Part shown: piece by piece, positions 24,276-30,282 of the stretch
Numbering within the stretch: the first letter of the stretch is position 1
How the letters are laid out: every line of letters starts with the position of its first letter
Assembly: GCF_000015145.1 (NCBI RefSeq)
Contig: NC_008818.1
Span: 1,080,001-1,112,000, forward strand
Direction: 5' to 3'
DNA: 32,000 nucleotides
Origin: Hyperthermus butylicus DSM 5456
GTDB taxonomy: Archaea; Thermoproteota; Thermoprotei_A; Sulfolobales; Pyrodictiaceae
Translations under genes and position numbers: made by a program
Notes under the pieces: model-generated
What the model was told of the DNA's origin: nothing
Seen by the model: only the letters and a program-made list of their open reading frames with translations
The model's database searches: none

Positions 24276-25569
24276 CCACGCGTCCCCGTAGGTCGTACCA
24301 GGTTGCGTCTACTACTTCAATGCACCTCCACTCACCCGGCCTAGCCGAGCCCTCTGGCAGTATTACTGGCATGTAGTTGTAGAGCTTAGCGTCTAGGCCG
24401 CCGCGCTCGCCCCGTGAGACAACCAGTGCGCAAGCACGGGAGCCTATGTAGCGTCGATGCTCCTCGAGCCCAATCCTCATCACAACCTCTGTGAGCCTCT
24501 TAGACCGCTTCTTCTTCACGGGATCCGGCACTTGTGGCAGACCTGCAGCTACCGTGCGCTGGCGCGGCGTATACTGTGCAAGGTGGACACGTTCAAACCT
24601 CAACTCCTCTATGAGGCGGACCGTGTTTTCAAACGCTTCCTCATCCTCGCCTGGATGACCAACAATAATGTCTGTAGCTATCATTACCCCGGGAACCTTG
24701 TTGCGGATCTCCCTCACGATAGCACGGTATTCGTCGACAGTATAGTTGCGCTTCATAATCCTTAGAACTCGGTCGTCACCACTCTGCACCGGAAGGTGGA
24801 CAAACTTGAACACCTTTGGATGGCGGAACACCTCCAGGAACTCGTCCAGTATCGGCTCCAGCTGATCCGGGCTCATCATGCCTATGCGAACCATGAAGTC
24901 ACCCTCAACCTCTATAACTCGCCGAACTAGCTCTGGCAGCAGCCTCTTACCGTAGAGGTCTATGCCGTAGACTGCGATATCCTGACCCGTAAGCCTTATC
25001 TCGACGGCTCCGAGCCGGACAAGCTCACGAACAAGCTTCACAATATTCTCCACGGGTCTACTGTATACTCTTCTCCTAGCAATTTTCGTGATGCAGAAGC
25101 TGCAGTCCCCGAGGCAGCCCTCTGCTATTGGTACTTCGGCTATTTTCCCGCGAAGCATTAGCCGAGGAGTTGGCTTGAAGAGCGGCTTCGGCTTCTCCCT
25201 CGGAGGGGTGAGAAGGTCTAGACCCCTCTCAACAGCTATGTCCACGAGGTGCACATTATAGGTTGAGACTAGCACTGCTTTCGGTGCTATACGCTTCACC
25301 GTATAGGGCTGAGCACTAGCCATGCATCCTGCAACAACTAGCCTCGCCCCGGTTTTCTCGGCTATTGCTGCCAGCTCTGCTATCCTCCTCTTCATCCTGG
25401 CTTCTGTATCCAGTCTCACCGTACACGTATTGATGATAATCACGTCTGCCTCATCAACACAATTGGTGAAGCTGTAGCCACGGCTACTCAACACACTCCG
25501 CATAATAGCCGTGTCAGCCATGTTTAAAGCACAGCCATAGGTTTCAATGTATACCCTGCCACGCTGCAT
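24244..25569 (-). CDS. mtaB: Radical-SAM methylthiotransferase, archaeal/eukaryotic MtaB (CDKAL1-like) type
   Basis: The N-terminal MTTase domain is 'YIETYGCALNMADT...INTCTV', the radical-SAM motif is 'CLGDCSFC' (CxxxCxxC), and there is a C-terminal TRAM-like region. Confidence 0.85.
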   Translation of the reverse strand: MQRGRVYIETYGCALNMADTAIMRSVLSSRGYSFTNCVDEADVIIINTCTVRLDTEARMKRRIAELAAIAEKTGARLVVAGCMASAQPYTVKRIAPKAVLVSTYNVHLVDIAVERGLDLLTPPREKPKPLFKPTPRLMLRGKIAEVPIAEGCLGDCSFCITKIARRRVYSRPVENIVKLVRELVRLGAVEIRLTGQDIAVYGIDLYGKRLLPELVRRVIEVEGDFMVRIGMMSPDQLEPILDEFLEVFRHPKVFKFVHLPVQSGDDRVLRIMKRNYTVDEYRAIVREIRNKVPGVMIATDIIVGHPGEDEEAFENTVRLIEELRFERVHLAQYTPRQRTVAAGLPQVPDPVKKKRSKRLTEVVMRIGLEEHRRYIGSRACALVVSRGERGGLDAKLYNYMPVILPEGSARPGEWRCIEVVDATWYDLRGRVVDCTCKGGGS

Positions 25570-25617
25570 AAGGCCCCCCGATAACCGCCGTAAACACGTG
25601 TTAAACCCTAATAGCTG

Positions 25618-25887
25618 CTACCCGCCCGAGGCAGGCGGCAAGATAACAATCTCGTCGCCATCACGGACTTGCTGGTCGAGCCCGGAGAACCTGCCATTAA
25701 CCAGGTATACAATGTCGAGACCACGAGCCTCCAGCTCCCGCACAAGCTTCTCGAGGCCCGGATAGCGGGTGAACAAGGTCTTCAGCACGTCACGTAGCGT
25801 AGCGTCCTCACCAACCTCAATAACCACCTCGCTGCCACCAACAGCTTCCCTTAGCAGCGAAACAAGTCTAACCCTCACCCGCACCAT
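25618..25887 (-). CDS. MoaD/ThiS-family ubiquitin-fold protein (SAMP-like) ending in Gly-Gly
   Basis: It is 89 aa, with '...VNGRFSGLDQQVRDGDEIVILPPASGG' ending directly in a stop. This is the typical beta-grasp sulfur-carrier C-terminus. Confidence 0.7.
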   Translation of the reverse strand: MVRVRVRLVSLLREAVGGSEVVIEVGEDATLRDVLKTLFTRYPGLEKLVRELEARGLDIVYLVNGRFSGLDQQVRDGDEIVILPPASGG

Positions 25888-26746
25888 GCCTACACCACCC
25901 AGGCCTGGAGACGGATAGCGTGAACCCTCTAATCAACTACACAGAGAACCAAACCAGCACACCTCCGCACCGGCATGTAGGGTGGGAAGGGGCTAGCACG
26001 AAGCTAGCTCGCTTTTAAGCATTAGAACCGCGGGAGCTGGTACTGAAGCTGCCACTGCAAGCTGAAGGGGCCGTATAGGCTTCGCCTAGAACAGCATGCT
26101 TACAGCCACCAGTTATGACAGTACTAGGCTTGCAGCTGGGAGACAAGTACCCCCAAAGACCGAGTATAGAGACGATACGGGACAGTTTCTATGCGCCGTT
26201 TGCCCCATACTGGGCGATGAGTACTCGAAAGAGCTAAAATACATCGTCTCGCTATAGCATGAAGCACGCTGCTACATATCCATACCCTCATGGAACTAGT
26301 GTGTCAACCTAGTTGTTTACTATGCACTTAACTTGCTCCCTGAGGGTGATGCTGCTTCCCGCCGAGAAGCTGCTTGCGAGGCTTATACGTATGCGGGTGG
26401 ATATGGGTTTAGAGATGCAATATTCCACGAAAGCTACGAGGCCTACAAGCTCTTGCTAGCTATGTACCTCTAACGTATACTCAGGACGGTCAACTTCTGG
26501 TGTCACAGACCGGTACGAGCTAATTGTCGGCAAATGTTACAAGCTACTTGCACAGCTACAGCAAGGAAATGGAAGCATCGTTACACACTATCATGCAGAG
26601 AATGGAGAAGTGATGCCGGTAGGGGACATAATCATCGAAACTACAAAACATCACCATGTCAGCTCTCCACCTCAAACTACCTACCATTTCTGTTAAGAAA
26701 CCCTAGAACAGGAATGACAGAACAACCCCTTGAGAATGGAGCTTTC

Positions 26747-27484
26747 TCAGTCCTGCCGACTTGCCTCCACATGTTGTGCCGCTTCGGATATTGTTACCAG
26801 CGTGTAGCCTTTCCCGCGGAGGTATCCTATGAGCTTCCTTAGCAGCTCTAGTGCAGCCTCCCCAGTGTTGTAGCGACAGTCTACTCTTACCCTCGCCCAG
26901 CTCATATCTATGTACTCCCAGGGATGGGCAAAGTATATCCTTAGTCCTCTTGGCAGCACGTCGTGTATCCTCTTTTGGATGCGCCACGGCAGCCGCAGCA
27001 TAGAGGATGTAACAGTCACTGGTAGCCTTACGATGCCATACTCTACCCTTGGCATGGCGCGGAACGGAGGCTTGTAGAGGGCTATCGACGAGTCCACCTG
27101 GTAGCCGAGTTTGTGGAGGACCGGTAAGAGGCTCTGTGGGAGCTTAAGGTTGGGGGCTCGAAAGCTTGTAAGCTGGTCCGTGAACCTTCTGAGCTTAGCT
27201 GTGGCCTTCTCAAGTAGGCTTGCCACAGTACTTCCGGGTAGCTTATCTAGGCGTTCGTGGGCATAGCTATGGCAACCCAGCTCATGGCCCTCATCTACTA
27301 TCCTGCGTATTAGCTGGGGGTACCTCTCAGCTACGCGCGCTGTTGAGAAGAAAGTTGCCCTAACCCTCTCCTGGGATAGTATGTCAAGGATGTATGGGAG
27401 CCCTTCCTCTACCCCGCGGTAGCTCTCGCCGAGGTATGGCGGACAGTCCTGCTCCACGTCAAAGCTGAGTACTGCTATGCGCAA
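26747..27484 (-). CDS. CE4/NodB-type polysaccharide (GlcNAc) deacetylase
   Basis: It has 'RIAVLSFDVEQD' (motif 1 Asp), 'ELGCHSYAHERL' (HSxxH metal motif) and 'SFRAPNLKL' (RxPxx motif). TTG 27484 sits 10 nt after the GT4 stop and is preceded by GGTGAG. The track start at 27595 would add 37 residues overlapping the GT4 gene. Confidence 0.7.
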   Translation of the reverse strand: MRIAVLSFDVEQDCPPYLGESYRGVEEGLPYILDILSQERVRATFFSTARVAERYPQLIRRIVDEGHELGCHSYAHERLDKLPGSTVASLLEKATAKLRRFTDQLTSFRAPNLKLPQSLLPVLHKLGYQVDSSIALYKPPFRAMPRVEYGIVRLPVTVTSSMLRLPWRIQKRIHDVLPRGLRIYFAHPWEYIDMSWARVRVDCRYNTGEAALELLRKLIGYLRGKGYTLVTISEAAQHVEASRQD

Positions 27485-27494
27485 ACCGGACTGC

Positions 27495-28742
27495 TCACCT
27501 TCCAAGAATCCTTGATACCCGGAGCCAGGCACGGTATAGGAGGTAGCGTTTATCGCTGTCCATAGCCGCGTCCATGGTAGCCCTATACACCTCAACGATG
27601 CTTCTGGCTATCCTCGTCCAGGAGAAGTTCTCTGCAGCATGTAGCGGGGCTGTCTCTGCGAGTCTACGGTGCAGGTTAGGATCTAGGGCTAGCTCGGCTA
27701 TCCTCTCCGATGCCTCCTCATCAGAGGATACAAGGAACCCGGTACGACCATCAGCTACAACGTCCTCTATTCCGCCATCACGGAACCCTATTACTGGTCT
27801 GCCACAAGCCATGGCCTCGAGGGCTGCTATCGAGAATGCCTCCAGCCTCGCCGGCACGAGTAGAAGATCCGAAGCCCAGTAAGCCTCTCGCAGCCCAGCA
27901 CGACCCATAAAACCGTGAACGGTTACCCTTACACCATCCAGGCCATAGAGGTGCTCCTCAACAGCTCGTAGAACCTTGCTGCGCAGCGGACCATCACCAA
28001 TAATGAGGAGGTGAAGTCGCCTCCTCCCAGCAACTATCTTGGCAGCGTAAGCCACGATTGCAGGAGCTTGGTGTATCCGTTTGCGCTCCGTAAACCTCCC
28101 AACCACTAGGACCACAAACTCGCGCTCATCTAGGCCAAGCTTTCTCCGGGCAGCCCTCTCCTCCTCAGCTTCTGGCGGCCTCCAGAACCCCGTGTTAACC
28201 CCATTGGGGATAATGTAGAGGGGAACCTTGCCATCGACTATGCCTAGGAGCCGCCTCGTATCCTCCGCTACCCGGCGGCTAACAGCTATGAATGCATCCA
28301 CCCGTTTCAGCGTATTACGAAGGAGCGGTATGAGGGGCTTAGTGACGGGAGACCAGTAGTAGAGGGAGTGGTTGGTAGCGACTACTGGTACGCCGCGGAT
28401 ACCCCTGGAGAGATTGGCCGCTGCAACAGCGAATGGCGAATATATGCTGTGTATATGCGTGATGTCAAAGCCTATAGTCTTGTAGAGCCGGTTGAGCTTG
28501 AAGAGCGTATCCACTCCGAGGCTTACATGGCTCTTGCGAAAGTAGAAGAAACCCTTAATCCTGTGCACAGCATAAGGGAAATCATCACGATAGGGCTTCA
28601 TGTAGCGATAGTCGTGGGTTATAACGTGAGGCTCATGACCCATCTCGAGGAGTTGGAGTGCAAGCTCGTGTATATGTGTCTCGATGCCTCCTATCTTTGG
28701 GTAGAACCAGTCTGACGCCAACGCAACCTTAAGAGCGTCCAA
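27495..28742 (-). CDS. GT4 (GT-B) glycosyltransferase, PIG-A/GPI3-like
   Basis: 'SDWFYPKIGGIETHIHELALQLLEMGHEPHVITH', 'ITHIHSIYSP...VVATNHSLY' and 'EAFSIAALEAMACGRPVIG' are present. The N- and C-terminal blocks resemble human PIG-A as I remember it ('[34 protein letters not shown]', 'FTDHSLF', 'TWRNVAERTEKVY...DKRL'). Confidence 0.8.
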   Translation of the reverse strand: MDALKVALASDWFYPKIGGIETHIHELALQLLEMGHEPHVITHDYRYMKPYRDDFPYAVHRIKGFFYFRKSHVSLGVDTLFKLNRLYKTIGFDITHIHSIYSPFAVAAANLSRGIRGVPVVATNHSLYYWSPVTKPLIPLLRNTLKRVDAFIAVSRRVAEDTRRLLGIVDGKVPLYIIPNGVNTGFWRPPEAEEERAARRKLGLDEREFVVLVVGRFTERKRIHQAPAIVAYAAKIVAGRRRLHLLIIGDGPLRSKVLRAVEEHLYGLDGVRVTVHGFMGRAGLREAYWASDLLLVPARLEAFSIAALEAMACGRPVIGFRDGGIEDVVADGRTGFLVSSDEEASERIAELALDPNLHRRLAETAPLHAAENFSWTRIARSIVEVYRATMDAAMDSDKRYLLYRAWLRVSRILGR

Positions 28743-29620
28743 GCTTGCCGGCCTCCACCAATAGCAACAGCCAGCCCGCCCAATAGCGAGGCAAATACAT
28801 AGGAAATAAGCCTCTCTACCATGACTATAGCTAGTGCAGTACTAGCCGGTGCACCCAACGCCGTAAATACCGCTGTAAGACCACCCTCGACTATCCCTAG
28901 TCCGCCTGGCGTAAAGGCTACAAGGCCGATAACGAGATACATTACCGAGGCCAACACTATCCTGTAGACAGACGTATCCCACCCAACAGCTACAGCGATA
29001 AAATAAAACCTAGCAACATCAAGTAGCCAGACACCCGAGCTAAGCAACGCAGAGACAATAACGGCGACGCGGTCGCCGAGAAGCTTGCTGAGCCCAACGC
29101 TATTGCCTAGCTGTAACTTTTCGCGTGCACGAAACTTGTCGGCAATATATTCGAGAATACGATCCCAGTACTTGACGCCGACGAAAACACCAACTACTAT
29201 GAGTATCAGCGCAAAAACAATACCAAGCGGTAGGTCACCAGCGGCAAGTTCACCCGTAAGTGCAACTACTGCAATCACTGCAACAGGTATAGCCTCCACA
29301 ACACGTTCAAAGACTATACTGTTAACAATTGTGGGTATCGGCGCCTTCGTCTGAAGGTAGGCATAGGTTACGCGGATAACCTCGCCGCCGGCACGCATGC
29401 TCGGCGTAATATTGTTCACTAGGAACCCCATAAGATACCCCAGGAACGAGTCTTTAACGGGAAACCTTACACCCATCCGTGACAGTATAAAGCTCCAGCG
29501 CAGGGCATAAAGTAGCACCGAGACGATATAGGATACGAATGCTAGCCCGACATAGCGATGGTCGGCGTTGAGCATGATCCTTAAGGACTCGCTGAGACCT
29601 TGCCATAGTTCCTCGAACAA
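28691..29620 (-). CDS. UPF0104 / LPG_synthase_TM-family membrane protein (MprF flippase-domain family)
   Basis: 'LLYALRWSFILSRMG', 'FLVNNITPSMRAGGEVIRVTY' and 'VFERVVEAIP' are present, with ~8 TM helices. The TTG start has an in-frame TGA two codons upstream. It overlaps the GT4 gene by 52 nt. Confidence 0.7.
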   Translation of the reverse strand: MFEELWQGLSESLRIMLNADHRYVGLAFVSYIVSVLLYALRWSFILSRMGVRFPVKDSFLGYLMGFLVNNITPSMRAGGEVIRVTYAYLQTKAPIPTIVNSIVFERVVEAIPVAVIAVVALTGELAAGDLPLGIVFALILIVVGVFVGVKYWDRILEYIADKFRAREKLQLGNSVGLSKLLGDRVAVIVSALLSSGVWLLDVARFYFIAVAVGWDTSVYRIVLASVMYLVIGLVAFTPGGLGIVEGGLTAVFTALGAPASTALAIVMVERLISYVFASLLGGLAVAIGGGRQAWTLLRLRWRQTGSTQR

Positions 29621-29750
29621 GGACCCTCATCCCACTGGAATCAATGGGGCAGTGCCTTCCCTTCGCCACCAGGCAGGCTGAGAAGTGGCGGTATTGCTTA
29701 TTTTAAACCTATCCTATGGGAAAAATAGCGGTTTTACCAGGGACACACGT

Positions 29751-30176
29751 TTACAGCGTTATTATCACTGCTTTTGGTATGTAGTCCTGGAAAATGACAC
29801 GTATACGTGTCTCCACATCTATCTGTGCAAGCCTCTCAAGGCCTCTGCGTATAGCATGTAGCCTGGTTATCTTAGCATTTATGCTTTCAGCTATCTCTTC
29901 AAGCACTTCAAGTTCTGTTTTTGCCGTCGGGTTTAGCATTATCTTAACCTTCTCTATCTCTATAACCGTCTCCTTGGCTATTGGACTCTCCTCTATGGTG
30001 CCCCCAGCAAGGAAAGCTATGAGCTTAAGTAGCTTCTCATCACGCTCGCTCTTCGCCCTAAGCTCCTCTATGAGCCTTAGCAGCTCGCCCAGCTTGCGCC
30101 TCAAATCGTTTAGCATGTTGTCTATGTACTTTAGTAGCTCCTGTGGCGAGGAAAACTCTTGAATACCAATAGTCAA
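29751..30176 (-). CDS. Hypothetical coiled-coil protein (low-GC gene)
   Basis: A 141-aa helical, charged ORF ('LLKYIDNMLNDLRRKLGELLRLIEELRAKSERDEKLLKLI...'). TATA-like 'tataag' lies ~50 nt upstream on the minus strand, and a T5 run (ctatttttc on the minus strand) follows the stop. No family recognised. Confidence 0.4.
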   Translation of the reverse strand: MTIGIQEFSSPQELLKYIDNMLNDLRRKLGELLRLIEELRAKSERDEKLLKLIAFLAGGTIEESPIAKETVIEIEKVKIMLNPTAKTELEVLEEIAESINAKITRLHAIRRGLERLAQIDVETRIRVIFQDYIPKAVIITL

Positions 30177-30282
30177 GATCCTTTACCCAGTGCACTTAGC
30201 TGGCGTCGGGCCTCCTAAAAACTTATAGCTCTACGGGTAAAAACATATAACGTAAGACCTACCAGTGGGCTTTTTAACGCTG

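Noticed and set aside
26346-26616. C-box-like 'GTGATGC' sequences (26346..26352 and 26610..26616) in the gap, as possible C/D-box sRNAs
   Set aside because: They do not match RUGAUGA exactly. No CUGA D box or terminal stem lies at the expected 50-70 nt distance.
26534-26987. Track ORFs 26534..26842 (+) and 26703..26987 (-) at the edge of the low-GC gap
   Set aside because: Both overlap the well-supported deacetylase frame or run through the gap with Cys/Arg/His-rich, non-protein-like sequence. No motifs were found.
29631-30269. ORB-like 'TTCCAGTGGG' elements in inverted orientation (cccactgg at 29631..29638 on the plus strand; ccagtggg at 30262..30269), flanking the AT-rich 141-aa gene, as a possible replication origin
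   Set aside because: The similarity to the archaeal ORB core (TCCAGTGGAAA) stops after 9 nt, and the two copies share little beyond the 8-mer. The same 8-mer also occurs inside a CDS (16769..16776). The 'spacer' is a plausible ORF, and there is no orc1/cdc6 gene in the window.
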